NCBI GenBank assembly: GCA_040767195.1
Contig: JAXGPA010000001.1
Span: 928,419 to 992,418 of the forward strand
DNA length: 64,000 nucleotides
Direction: 5' to 3'
Origin: Syntrophales bacterium
Lineage (GTDB): Bacteria > Desulfobacterota > Syntrophia > Syntrophales > UBA6807
Part shown: positions 29,391 through 38,760 of the stretch, one piece after another
Layout: the number at the start of each line of letters is the position of its first letter
How positions within the stretch are numbered: position 1 is the first letter of the stretch
The notes under the pieces: generated by a model
Seen by the model: the letters and a program-made list of their open reading frames with translations, nothing else
What the model was told of the DNA's origin: nothing
Database searches by the model: none
Translations under genes and position numbers: made by a program

Positions 29391-30830
29391 ATGAATGGAA
29401 CACATCAAAGAAGAACCTTGAGAGGCGCTTTCGCCATCGTCACGGGAATTCTGCTCCTGTTCATGGTTCAGGGATATGGGAACATTGCAGTGACCGGGTG
29501 GGCGTCGGTGACGCCGGACAGCTTCGCCGACCTGGCGGAAAAGCTGAAACCCGCCGTGGTGAACATCAGCACGTCGAAAACGGTCAGGTCCGGGGGGCTG
29601 CAAATGTTTCGGGAGCCCTTCGGCCAGGGCTCCCCCTTCGAGCAGTTTTTTGGGGATGACTTTTTCAGGCGTTTTTTCGGGGACATCCCGGAAAGGCAGT
29701 TCGAGCAGAAAAGCCTCGGGTCGGGTTTTATCATCAGTGAGGACGGGTACATTTTCACGAACAACCACGTGGTGGAAAAGGCCGACGAGATCCTGGTGAA
29801 ACTCTCCGACGAGAAGGAATACAAGGCAAAAGTCGTGGGAACGGACCAGAACATCGACATCGCCCTTCTCAAGATTGAACCGGATGGACGGCTCCCCGTG
29901 GTCACCCTGGGGGATTCGTCGAGACTTCGGGTGGGGGACTGGGTCGTCGCCATCGGGAACCCCTTCGGGCTCAATCAGACCGTGACGGCTGGGATCGTCA
30001 GCGCCAAGGGAAGGGTGATAGGCGCCGGTCCCTATGACGATTTCATTCAGACCGATGCCTCCATCAATCCCGGAAACAGCGGTGGCCCCCTCTTCAACCT
30101 GGCCGGGGAAGTGGTGGGAATCAACACGGCCATCGTCGCCCAGGGCCAGGGCATCGGGTTCGCCATTCCCGTTAACATGGCCAGGGACGTTCTGGACGAT
30201 TTGAAGACCCGGGGGAAGGTGGTCCGGGGCTGGCTCGGGGTCTCCATTCAGGAAATCAGTGAAGACATAGCCAAAAACCTGAATCTCAAATCCCGGGAGG
30301 GGGCCCTGGTGGCCGACGTGTTTGAGGGGGATCCGGCGGACAAGGCCGGCCTCAGGACGGGTGATGTGATTGTCCGTATTGACGGGGAGAAAATCAAAGA
30401 CACCCATGATCTCCTTCAGAAGATCGCCCGGATGCGGGTCGGCCAGAAAACGTCGGTCCAGGTTCTCCGAAACGGAAAGGAAATGACGTTTTCCATAACC
30501 GTTTCCGAACGTCCCGATCAGGAAAGACTCATAGCCAGAGGAAAAACGAGTCAGTACCTGGGCATGACGGTCCAGGAAATAACGCCTGAAATCGCCCGTC
30601 ATTTCGGTCTCAAAGGCACCGAGGGCGTGGTCGTGAGCGCCGTGGAACCGGACAGCCCCGCCGGAAAGGCCGGGATCGAGGCGGAGGACGTCATCCTCCA
30701 GGTAAATCGGACAGGAATCAAAAACCTGCAGGATTACAATGAAGTCATGGGAAAAGCGGCGGATAAGGAAAGTGTCCTCCTTCTTATAAAGCGGGGCAGC
30801 GCCCAGTACTACGTGGTGGTGCGGAAGTAA
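29391..30830 (+). CDS. htrA: Periplasmic serine endoprotease DegP/HtrA (Do family) with two PDZ domains
   Basis: Signal/anchor segment and catalytic triad context TNNHVV, DIALLKI, GNSGGPL, followed by two PDZ-like segments. ATG 29391 follows AGGAGG. Confidence 0.93.
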   Translation: MNGTHQRRTLRGAFAIVTGILLLFMVQGYGNIAVTGWASVTPDSFADLAEKLKPAVVNISTSKTVRSGGLQMFREPFGQGSPFEQFFGDDFFRRFFGDIPERQFEQKSLGSGFIISEDGYIFTNNHVVEKADEILVKLSDEKEYKAKVVGTDQNIDIALLKIEPDGRLPVVTLGDSSRLRVGDWVVAIGNPFGLNQTVTAGIVSAKGRVIGAGPYDDFIQTDASINPGNSGGPLFNLAGEVVGINTAIVAQGQGIGFAIPVNMARDVLDDLKTRGKVVRGWLGVSIQEISEDIAKNLNLKSREGALVADVFEGDPADKAGLRTGDVIVRIDGEKIKDTHDLLQKIARMRVGQKTSVQVLRNGKEMTFSITVSERPDQERLIARGKTSQYLGMTVQEITPEIARHFGLKGTEGVVVSAVEPDSPAGKAGIEAEDVILQVNRTGIKNLQDYNEVMGKAADKESVLLLIKRGSAQYYVVVRK

Positions 30831-30834
30831 GTCC

Positions 30835-31593
30835 TTGCCCGTGCCGGAACGCCGGAAGAAGGGAGAGGGGACCGTGTCCGCGGAAAGAACGGGAACCCGC
30901 AGCGCCCCGGGGGCCGCGAAGAAGCCGCCGTCGGCGTTCATCCGTTCTCTTTATCGTGTCCTGGCCAGGCATTACGGCGATCTTCGATGGTGGCCCGGAG
31001 AGACCCCCTTCGAGGTCGCCGTCGGGGCGATTCTCACCCAGAACACGAACTGGCGGAACGTGGAAAAGGCCATCGAAAACCTGAAAAAAGAGAACCTTCT
31101 CTCCCCCGCGGCCATCAAAGCGTCGGAAGACGGACGGCTGGAAAAGGCTCTGCGCCCGTCCGGCTTCTACCGTGTGAAGTCGAAGCGGCTTCGGGCCTTT
31201 GCGGACTACCTGGTCCGTTTCTGCGGAGGGACCATGGAGGGCCTCATGGCTGAAGGGGCCGGCGAAATTCGCGCGAAACTTCTCACGATCCACGGCATCG
31301 GCGAGGAAACGGCGGACAGCATCGTCCTTTACGGTCTCGGAAAACCCGTTTTCGTCGTCGACGCCTACACCCGGCGCATCCTGGAAAGGCACGGGATTTC
31401 GGAGGCCCGTGAATCTTATGGGGCCGTTCAGCGGCTTTTCGTCGAGGCCCTTCCGCAAAGCCCGGCGGTCTACAACCAGTGCCATGCCCTGCTGGTCCAG
31501 GTTGGAAAGGATTACTGCCGGAAGGAACCCCGTTGCGACAGCTGTCCTCTTTCCGGTATGAATTCCCCCCCTGGTGCGGGAGGAAAGCCATGA
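30835..31593 (+). CDS. HhH-GPD superfamily base-excision repair protein (endonuclease III-related)
   Basis: TQNTNW, the HhH segment LLTIHGIGEETADSIVLY, VVDAYTRRI, and a C-terminal Cys cluster CRKEPRCDSCPL. The start is uncertain (TTG 30835 or GTG 30841). Confidence 0.8.
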   Translation: MPVPERRKKGEGTVSAERTGTRSAPGAAKKPPSAFIRSLYRVLARHYGDLRWWPGETPFEVAVGAILTQNTNWRNVEKAIENLKKENLLSPAAIKASEDGRLEKALRPSGFYRVKSKRLRAFADYLVRFCGGTMEGLMAEGAGEIRAKLLTIHGIGEETADSIVLYGLGKPVFVVDAYTRRILERHGISEARESYGAVQRLFVEALPQSPAVYNQCHALLVQVGKDYCRKEPRCDSCPLSGMNSPPGAGGKP

Positions 31594-32657
31594 GCGGACA
31601 AGGATTCGATTATGGGGGAATCATCCACTTTCATTCCCAGTATTCCCACGACGGCAGGGCCTCCATGGCGGAAATCGTCCAGGCGGCACGACTCAGCGGC
31701 GTCCGGTATCTTCTCCTGACGGACCATTCGACCCTGCAGGCCCGGCGGGAAGGGTGGGAAGGCTGGCATGACGGCGTCCTCATCGCCGTGGGGCAGGAGA
31801 TCGCGCCCCGCTACAACCACTACCTGGCCTTCGGCATCGACGAGGAGTACCCCGTGGACGAAGAGGATCTTGGGCCTCCCGGGGAATACATCGATTTCGT
31901 GAACCGAAAGGGCGGGTTCGGGTTCATCGCCCACCCCGACCACGAGGGAACGGACGTGTTTCACGTGAAACATTACCCGTGGATCGACTGGACCGTCAAG
32001 GGATGTGCGGGGATAAGCATCTGGGATTTCATGACGGACTGGCAGGCCTCTCTCACGGGAACCTTCCGGGGGCTTCTGAGCTACGCCGCGCCGGCGTACT
32101 TTCTCCGGGGACCCCGCCCCGTCACCCTGAGCCGATGGGACATGCTGAACCGGTCTTCCAGGCTGCCCGGGATCGGGGAGTCGGACAACCACGACACGGA
32201 AAAGAAATTCCTGGGACGCCGCTTCTCCGTCTTCCCCTTTCGGAGGGCTTTCCGATTCATCCGAACCCATGTCGTTCTGAAGAGGCCCTTTGAAGGCGAT
32301 GATGCCCGGGATATCGAGACCCTCTACGGGGCCCTCCGGGACGGCCGGTCTTACGTGTCCCTCGACGTTTTCGAAGACCCACGGGGATTTTCCTTCACCG
32401 TTCGCAGCAGAATCGGCGAGGCAACCCTGGGGGAGGACATCGCTCTGTCGGGGGAGACAATCGGCAGCGTGGATCTTCCAGCCAGGGGAAAAATCCGGGT
32501 CGTCCGGAGCGGCCGGGTCATGCTGGAAGAGACGGGGCGTTCTCTTCGCTTTTCCCTGGCCGAAGCCGGGGTCTACCGGGTCGAGGTTTTCCTGAAGCGC
32601 CTCCGGCGCTGGCGTCCCTGGATCTTTTCCAATCCCGTCTACGTGAGGCGCCCATGA
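31590..32657 (+). CDS. PHP-domain (CehA/McbA-like) metal-dependent phosphoesterase
   Basis: MSGQGFDYGGIIHFHSQYSHDG...LLLTDHS...IAHPDH has the PHP His/Asp motifs. ATGA overlap with the upstream stop. Confidence 0.78.
   Translation: MSGQGFDYGGIIHFHSQYSHDGRASMAEIVQAARLSGVRYLLLTDHSTLQARREGWEGWHDGVLIAVGQEIAPRYNHYLAFGIDEEYPVDEEDLGPPGEYIDFVNRKGGFGFIAHPDHEGTDVFHVKHYPWIDWTVKGCAGISIWDFMTDWQASLTGTFRGLLSYAAPAYFLRGPRPVTLSRWDMLNRSSRLPGIGESDNHDTEKKFLGRRFSVFPFRRAFRFIRTHVVLKRPFEGDDARDIETLYGALRDGRSYVSLDVFEDPRGFSFTVRSRIGEATLGEDIALSGETIGSVDLPARGKIRVVRSGRVMLEETGRSLRFSLAEAGVYRVEVFLKRLRRWRPWIFSNPVYVRRP
31957..31972. other. Perfect parS centromere-like palindrome TGTTTCACGTGAAACA, inside the PHP-domain CDS
   Basis: Exact 16-bp match to the canonical ParB-binding consensus, read directly at 31957-31972. 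My manual scan for ACGTG cores found no other close match in the window. Confidence 0.75.
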
Positions 32658-33997
32658 AAAAAAGGCTTCGCATCGGCTGCGGGGCGGGCTACGCGGGCGA
32701 CCGGATCGACCCCGCCGTGACCCTGGCGGAAAGAGGAAACATACAGTACCTGTGTTTCGAGTGCCTGGCGGAGCGGACCATCGCCATCGCCCAGATGGAA
32801 AAACAGGCCGACGCCGGAAAGGGCTACGGCCAGTTCCTGGAGGAACGGATGGCGGCCATCCTGCCCTTCTGCGCCCGGGACGGCCTTGTCGTCGTTTCCA
32901 ACCTGGGAGCGGCCAATCCGCCGGCGGCGCTGGCCAAAACCGTCGAGATCGCCCGGACTCTCGGGGTCGGGGGCTTCCGGATCGGGGCGGTCACGGGCGA
33001 CGACGTCCTCGAGAAGCTCCTTTCGGAAAACGCGGCGGTGGTGGAAACAGGCGGCACCGTTCGGGACCTGGGGGACCGCCTCGTCTCCGCCAATGCCTAC
33101 CTGGGGGCCGAGGCCCTTCTGCCCGCCCTGGAGGCGGGCTGCCGGGTGATCCTGGCCGGCCGGGTGGCCGATCCGTCCCTGTTCCTGGCCCCCATGATCC
33201 ATGAATACCGGTGGGACTTGGCGGACTGGACCCGCCTCGGGGCGGGGACGGCCCTGTCCCACCTTCTCGAATGCGCCGCCCAGGTGACGGGCGGTTATTT
33301 CGCCGACCCCGGCCTGAAGGACGTCGATCGTCTCGAGGATGTGGGCTTTCCCATTGCCGAGGTGACGGAAGACGGGGAAGGGATCATCACCAAGGTTCCC
33401 GGAACGGGAGGCAGGGTTACGCCTGGGACATGCCGGGAACAGCTCCTCTACGAAGTCCATGATCCGGCGTCCTATCTCACGCCGGACGTGACGGCCGATT
33501 TCTCCGGCATCGTTCTGGAAGACATCGGGGATGACCGGGTCCGGGTCGCCGGGGCCGCCGGCCGCCCGCGACCGGAAAATCTGAAGGTTTCCCTGGGGGT
33601 CCGGCAGGGCTTCCTGGGGGAAGGGGAGGTCTCCTATGCCGGTCACGGGGCCATGAACCGGGCCCGCCTGGCAGCGGAAATCGTCCTGAAACGGCTGGAG
33701 CGTCAGGGGTTTCGAAGGGACGACATGCGGGTCGAATTCGTGGGATACGATGCCCTGCTCGGGCCCCTCGCCGGGGGAACCTTTCCCCTTCCGGGGGACG
33801 TGCGGCTTCGAGTGGCCGCCCGGACGGAGAGAAAGCGGGATGCCGAGCGGGTAGGGGAGGAAGTGGAAACCCTCTACCTGAACGGGCCCGCCGGCCCCGG
33901 CGGGGCCCGGAAAACGGTCCGGCCCCTCATCGGTGTATTAACGGCTTTCATTGCCAGGGAACTCGTAAAGACCGGCCTGGCAATCGGGGATGTGTAA
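32654..33997 (+). CDS. AtuA-family (DUF1446, acyclic terpene utilisation-like) protein
   Basis: 447 aa. MKKRLRIGCGAGYAGDRIDPAV...YLCFECLAERTIA is the characteristic AtuA N-terminus. Confidence 0.8.
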   Translation: MKKRLRIGCGAGYAGDRIDPAVTLAERGNIQYLCFECLAERTIAIAQMEKQADAGKGYGQFLEERMAAILPFCARDGLVVVSNLGAANPPAALAKTVEIARTLGVGGFRIGAVTGDDVLEKLLSENAAVVETGGTVRDLGDRLVSANAYLGAEALLPALEAGCRVILAGRVADPSLFLAPMIHEYRWDLADWTRLGAGTALSHLLECAAQVTGGYFADPGLKDVDRLEDVGFPIAEVTEDGEGIITKVPGTGGRVTPGTCREQLLYEVHDPASYLTPDVTADFSGIVLEDIGDDRVRVAGAAGRPRPENLKVSLGVRQGFLGEGEVSYAGHGAMNRARLAAEIVLKRLERQGFRRDDMRVEFVGYDALLGPLAGGTFPLPGDVRLRVAARTERKRDAERVGEEVETLYLNGPAGPGGARKTVRPLIGVLTAFIARELVKTGLAIGDV

Positions 33998-33999
33998 CC

Positions 34000-34350
34000 A
34001 TGAAAAAAGTCAAGCTCTACGAAATCGCCCACAGCCGGGCCGGGGACAAGGGAGAGATCACGAACATCTCCCTGTTCCCCTATGCCGATGAACACTATGA
34101 TCTTCTTTGCCGCCAGGTGACCGCCCAGGCGGTGAAGGCCCACTTCGGGGACCTCGTCCGGGGAGATGTGGTCCGCTATGAAGTTCCGTCCATCGGGGGA
34201 TTCAATTTCGTTCTCCACGGGACCCGCGTCGGCGGCGTTTCCTCGGCCCTGGAGCTGGACCCCCACGGCAAGGCCCTGTCCTTCGGGCTCCTGGAGATGA
34301 CCGTTGAGATGCCTGATGACGGAAGAGAAGAAGACGGAAGCCGTCGATGA
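34000..34350 (+). CDS. Small AtuA-associated protein (DUF4387-like)
   Basis: 116 aa. LYEIAHSRAGDKGEITNISL resembles the small partner usually encoded after AtuA-like genes. This family assignment is from memory. Confidence 0.65.
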   Translation: MKKVKLYEIAHSRAGDKGEITNISLFPYADEHYDLLCRQVTAQAVKAHFGDLVRGDVVRYEVPSIGGFNFVLHGTRVGGVSSALELDPHGKALSFGLLEMTVEMPDDGREEDGSRR

Positions 34351-34398
34351 GGCTGGAAAAGTGACGGACATCCCTTGCGCGGACCGTCGCAGAATGGG

Positions 34399-35418
34399 TC
34401 AATGCTTTTCAATGAAGCCGATTTCCCGGGCGAATTCGAACTGGCGGTTCCAGGGCCGTGTTCCATGGAGCTTGAGAAAGGGCTCCTCCCCGACGGTTTC
34501 GAGGGACGTCCGGTCCAGCGACACGGGATGGTATCCCCCCAGAAAACCGACGTCCCCGGCAATGACCGGGTTGTGCCCCGGCCAGCAGTCGCAGTCCTGG
34601 GTGATGTGGATGAGGGCGTTGACGAGAACCGACCGGCTGCCGATTTTCCGCCAGACCGCCGCGGCGGTTTCCACGAGCCTTTCCTGGAACACCGAGGCAT
34701 CGAGTTCCCAGAAAATCCGCAGGGCCGCTTCGGGACAGAGGCCGATGCACTGGGCACAGCCGATGCAGAGGTCCAGGTCATAGGCGGGATAACCGTCCTC
34801 CTCGGGAAAATGGGCGGCCCCGGTGGGACAGACGTCGACGCAGACGCCGCAGCGGGTGCATTTTTCAGGGTCCAGCACGGGATGGACGTCGGCGTGCATG
34901 CGCTGCTTCTGGGCCCGGGAGGCGAACCCCATGGAGAGGTTCTTGACGGCTCCGCCGAACCCCGAGGCGAGATGGCCCTTGAAATGGGAAAAAATGAAAA
35001 AGCCGTCCGCCCCGTTGACGAGAGAGGTGACCTCGACGGTCTTGAAGTGGCGTTCCCCTGGCAGTTCGACAACGTCCCTTCCGTCCATGCCGTCCCCGAT
35101 GACCAGGGGGCAGCCGACGAATTCCTCGGTGTACCCGTGCCGGGCGGCCGTTTCCAGGGAGGCCCCGCCGGTGCGCCTCCCGCCGGAGTAAAGAACGGTG
35201 GTGTCGAAGAGAAAGGGCCTCCAGCCCTTTTCCTTGAGGAACGCCGCCACTTCCCGGGCATACCTCGGGGAAAGGTAGCTCCTGTTGCCCCGTTCCCCCC
35301 AGTGAACCTTCACGGCGATGCGGCCTCCCTCGGGATAGGGGTAGGAAAGGCCTTCGAGGACTTTTCTGAGGTCGGCAACGTGTCCGTCGGCACGTTGCTC
35401 CGGGATCGTCGATGGCAT
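34399..35418 (-). CDS. DUF362-domain protein with an inserted 2x[4Fe-4S] ferredoxin domain
   Basis: CTRCGVCVDVCP and CIGCAQCIGLCP clusters, with DUF362-like flanks. ATG 35418 is preceded by AGGAGA. The track's longest start is 35478. Confidence 0.82.
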   Translation of the reverse strand: MPSTIPEQRADGHVADLRKVLEGLSYPYPEGGRIAVKVHWGERGNRSYLSPRYAREVAAFLKEKGWRPFLFDTTVLYSGGRRTGGASLETAARHGYTEEFVGCPLVIGDGMDGRDVVELPGERHFKTVEVTSLVNGADGFFIFSHFKGHLASGFGGAVKNLSMGFASRAQKQRMHADVHPVLDPEKCTRCGVCVDVCPTGAAHFPEEDGYPAYDLDLCIGCAQCIGLCPEAALRIFWELDASVFQERLVETAAAVWRKIGSRSVLVNALIHITQDCDCWPGHNPVIAGDVGFLGGYHPVSLDRTSLETVGEEPFLKLHGTRPWNRQFEFAREIGFIEKH

Positions 35419-35687
35419 GGCGTCTCCTCTCGAGAGTCCTTTTTGCCTCATCATAAACGGTTTGGGGCGTTTTTCCAAGCGGGAGTCCGTTTCATGCCAG
35501 TAACAGGTAAACGGTCCGGGTTCGTAACACGTGATTTGTCCGGTTCAGGACGGCCAAACTCCCGGGTATGGCGGATGAGGCGGGCTTATGTGTTACGGGA
35601 GATTCGGAAGAGGCGGTTTGAGAGGGGTTACCGGGCGTGGGACGAGGGTCGTCTGACTTGGGAGGACGCCTTCATGAAGAGAGGAAA

Positions 35688-37643
35688 TCATTCGGTGAGG
35701 ACGGTGACTCTTTCGATTTCCTCTTCCAGCTCCATCCACTGGTCGTAAAGTTCTTCGAGACGGTTCACGGTCCTGTGATAGTCCCGGTGCAGTTCCTGGA
35801 TGTCCCGGCCTCCCCTGGAGGATGGAGCCTCGGCGAGGGCGGCTTCCAGGGAGGCCCTTGTCTCTTCACCGTCCCGGATTTCCGCCTCTACCTTTTTCAG
35901 GGCCTCCCGGAGAGGCTGCAGCTTCCGGGAGAGGCGCTGTCTTTTTTCCGCTTCCAGGCGTTTTCGTTCCTTTTCCGTAACGACTTCGGTCCGCTGGGGG
36001 GTCTCAGGCTCTGCGGGCGGCACCGGTCCGCCGGACTCTTTCCGCTTTTCAAGGTATTCTTCGAGGGAGCCCCGGAAATCCTCGAGAACGCCGTCCCGGA
36101 TTTCCAGGACGCGATCGATGAGGGGGGTCAGAAAGTCCCGGTCGTGGGAAACGATGACAAAGGCCCCGGGAAACGCCAGGAGCCGCTCCTGGAGAAGGGC
36201 CTTGGACGGGATGTCGAGATGGTTCGTCGGTTCATCCAGAACGAGGAGGTTGGCCGGCGTGAGCAGCATTTTGGCCAGGGCGAGACGGCTTTTCTCCCCT
36301 CCCGAAAGGACGGAAACAGGCTTCAGGACATCGTCTCCGGTGAACAGGAAGGATCCCAGGAGGGTCCTCAGTTCCGTCTGGGTCCGTGAAGGGTCCGTCT
36401 CCAGGACGGTTTCATACACCGTTTTTGAAGGGTCGAGGAGTTCGGAGAGATCCTGGGAAAAATAACCCACCGCGGCCCCGTGTCCGGGAAGCCGCGATCC
36501 CTCCTGAAAGGCGTCCGTTCCGGCGATGATCCTGGCCAGGGTCGATTTCCCCGAGCCGTTCACGCCGAGAACGGCCACCCTGTCCGTTCGCCCGATCTGA
36601 AGAGACAGTCGGGAAAACACCTCCAGGGCTCCGTATCGTTTCGCCACATCGGAAAGGGTGAGGACGATCCTGCCGGCCCGGGGCGCTTCGGGAAAACGAA
36701 AGGCGATCCGCCGCTCTTTTGCGGCCGTTTCGACGATTTCCAGTTTTTCCAGCATCCTGATCCTGCTCTGGACCTGCTTCGCCTTGGTGTTCTTGTAGCG
36801 GAAGCGTTCAATGAAGCGAAGACTCTGCTCAATGTAGGCTTCCTGTTTTTCCCTGGCGGCCTCGGCCTGCTGCGCTCGAAGCGCTTTCTGTCGCAGGAAG
36901 GACGTGTAATTGCCCGTATAGGACATCGCCGTTCCCGAAGATATTTCCAGAACGCCGTCGACGAGATTGTCCAGGAAACGGCTGTCGTGAGAGACGACGA
37001 TGATGGATCCCTGGTAGGACATGAGGTAGCTTTCGAGCCATTGGAGAGAATCCATGTCCAGGTGGTTCGTCGGTTCGTCCAGGAGAAGAACTGTCGGCTC
37101 CAGGAGAAGGATCTTTCCCAGTTCGATGCGCATGTGCCATCCGCCGCTGAACGCCTCCACCGGTCTCGCCAGGTCGCTCTCCCGGAACCCGAGTCCCGAA
37201 AGGATTATTTTTATTTTCGTGTCCCGTTGATAGGCGCCTCGATGCTCCAGGAGGTTCTGGATATCCCCGAGTTCCCGCATTTTCCGGGCTGCGGCGGCGG
37301 ATCCGGCGGGACCGCTTTGCGCGGCGATCTCCCGGCCCAGGTCGGTCGCTTTTCGCTGGAGTTCATCCAGTTCGGCGAACACGGAGGACACTTCCTCGAG
37401 AAGCGTACGGCCCTGGTGGTAGACGCCGTCCTGGGGCAGGTACCCCACGGTTTCCGCCCGGGTGAGTGTCACGCTCCCCGAATCGGCGTCCTCCAGGCCG
37501 GCGATGATTTTCATCAGGGTGGATTTTCCGGCGCCGTTGGGGCCCACCAGGGCGACCCGCTCCCGGTTCCCGACCCGGAAGGTCAGGTCGCCAAATAGGA
37601 TTTTCCCGCCGTACTGTTTTGAGAGGTTATCGAACTGAAGCAA
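35688..37643 (-). CDS. ABC-F family ATPase (Uup/EttA-like translation or ribosome-associated factor)
   Basis: 651 aa with two NBDs (GPNGAGKST and GVNGSGKST, two LSGG signatures), no TM domain, and a C-terminal coiled-coil. Confidence 0.92.
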   Translation of the reverse strand: MLQFDNLSKQYGGKILFGDLTFRVGNRERVALVGPNGAGKSTLMKIIAGLEDADSGSVTLTRAETVGYLPQDGVYHQGRTLLEEVSSVFAELDELQRKATDLGREIAAQSGPAGSAAAARKMRELGDIQNLLEHRGAYQRDTKIKIILSGLGFRESDLARPVEAFSGGWHMRIELGKILLLEPTVLLLDEPTNHLDMDSLQWLESYLMSYQGSIIVVSHDSRFLDNLVDGVLEISSGTAMSYTGNYTSFLRQKALRAQQAEAAREKQEAYIEQSLRFIERFRYKNTKAKQVQSRIRMLEKLEIVETAAKERRIAFRFPEAPRAGRIVLTLSDVAKRYGALEVFSRLSLQIGRTDRVAVLGVNGSGKSTLARIIAGTDAFQEGSRLPGHGAAVGYFSQDLSELLDPSKTVYETVLETDPSRTQTELRTLLGSFLFTGDDVLKPVSVLSGGEKSRLALAKMLLTPANLLVLDEPTNHLDIPSKALLQERLLAFPGAFVIVSHDRDFLTPLIDRVLEIRDGVLEDFRGSLEEYLEKRKESGGPVPPAEPETPQRTEVVTEKERKRLEAEKRQRLSRKLQPLREALKKVEAEIRDGEETRASLEAALAEAPSSRGGRDIQELHRDYHRTVNRLEELYDQWMELEEEIERVTVLTE

Positions 37644-37646
37644 GAT

Positions 37647-38672
37647 TTACCGCAGGACCTCCCGGCTGGTTTCGGTTCCGGCGTCTTTCGGCTCACGACC
37701 TTTGCCCGCGGGCTCTTCGCTCTCCCGTTCTTCCTCCGGTTCCAGGACCATGTCCATCCGGTGGGGAATGACAAGGGAAGCCAGGATGGAGAGAGCGAGG
37801 GTGCAAAGAATGACCAGGAGCGAGACCGATACGGGGATGGGGTGTATGTCCGAAAGGAGCATCTTGACGCCGATGTACACGAGGATGAAAGCCAGCCCGT
37901 ACCGGATGAAACGGAAGAGCCGCATGACGCCTGCGAGAGCGAAGAAAAAGGATCTCAGGCCGAGAATGGCGAATATGTTGGACGTGTAGACGATAAAGGG
38001 GTCCGTGGTGATGGCCAGAATGGCCGGAACCGAATCAAGGGCGAAAACGATATCCGTTGTTTCGATCACGAAAAGCACGGCCAGAAGCGGGGTGGCGAAA
38101 AGGCGGCCCCCCCTGCGGACGGTGAAGCGGCCTTCCACGTATGTGGACGTCATGGGAATGAATTTTCGGAAGAGCCGGAAAAAAGGGTTTTTATCGGGAT
38201 GAACCGACGAGTCGCCGCGGCTGAAACCGATTTTCAGGCCCGAGAGGATCAGGAAGGCGCCGAAAAGATAGATGACCCAGTGAAACAGGTTGATCAGGGT
38301 GATCCCCGCCACGATGAACAAGCCGCGCATCAGGATCGCGCCGAGAATTCCCCAGAAAAGGACCCGGTGCTCATATTTCGGCGGGACGCTGAAGTACGAA
38401 AAAATGAGAAGGAAGACGAAAAGGTTGTCAACGCTGAGAGACAGTTCGATAAGGTATCCGGTGAAAAATTCCAGGGCTTTTTCCGATCCCCTGAACAGGA
38501 AAACCCCGCCGTTGAAAGCAAGGGCGAGGCCCACCCAGGCGGCGGCCCACAGGAGGGCTTCCTTCAGATTCGGAACATGGGGGCGCCGCTCAAAGGCTCT
38601 CAGGTCTACATAGAGCAGGCCGGCGACGACGATGATGAATGCGGCCCACAGAAGGGGCTGGTTGTCCAACAT
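37647..38672 (-). CDS. TerC/Alx-family integral membrane protein
   Basis: 341 aa. The TerC signature GYLIELSLSVDNLFVF and a repeated half (ALDSVPAILAIT). Confidence 0.88.
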   Translation of the reverse strand: MLDNQPLLWAAFIIVVAGLLYVDLRAFERRPHVPNLKEALLWAAAWVGLALAFNGGVFLFRGSEKALEFFTGYLIELSLSVDNLFVFLLIFSYFSVPPKYEHRVLFWGILGAILMRGLFIVAGITLINLFHWVIYLFGAFLILSGLKIGFSRGDSSVHPDKNPFFRLFRKFIPMTSTYVEGRFTVRRGGRLFATPLLAVLFVIETTDIVFALDSVPAILAITTDPFIVYTSNIFAILGLRSFFFALAGVMRLFRFIRYGLAFILVYIGVKMLLSDIHPIPVSVSLLVILCTLALSILASLVIPHRMDMVLEPEEERESEEPAGKGREPKDAGTETSREVLR

Positions 38673-38760
38673 TAACCGGTGACCCTATCGGGAAAAGGAT
38701 TTTCCGACCCCTTTACCCTTTTTTAAGAGGGTTGACAAGGCGGGGTTTCAGCGGGGCCGG

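Noticed and set aside
35470-35568. A tRNA-like 7-bp terminal stem (CGGGAGU/ACUCCCG) enclosing internal hairpins
   Set aside because: The internal arms do not fit a cloverleaf. The D-like loop is 16 nt, there is no 5-bp T-stem with a TPsiC-type loop, and there is no anticodon arm. It is treated instead as part of a structured leader.
38673-38760. A possible yybP-ykoY (Mn2+) riboswitch upstream of the TerC/Alx-family gene
   Set aside because: TerC/Alx genes often carry this riboswitch. This spacer is only 88 nt, and I could not find the conserved GGGGAGUAG-type loop sequences or the four-helix layout. Only weak hairpins are present.
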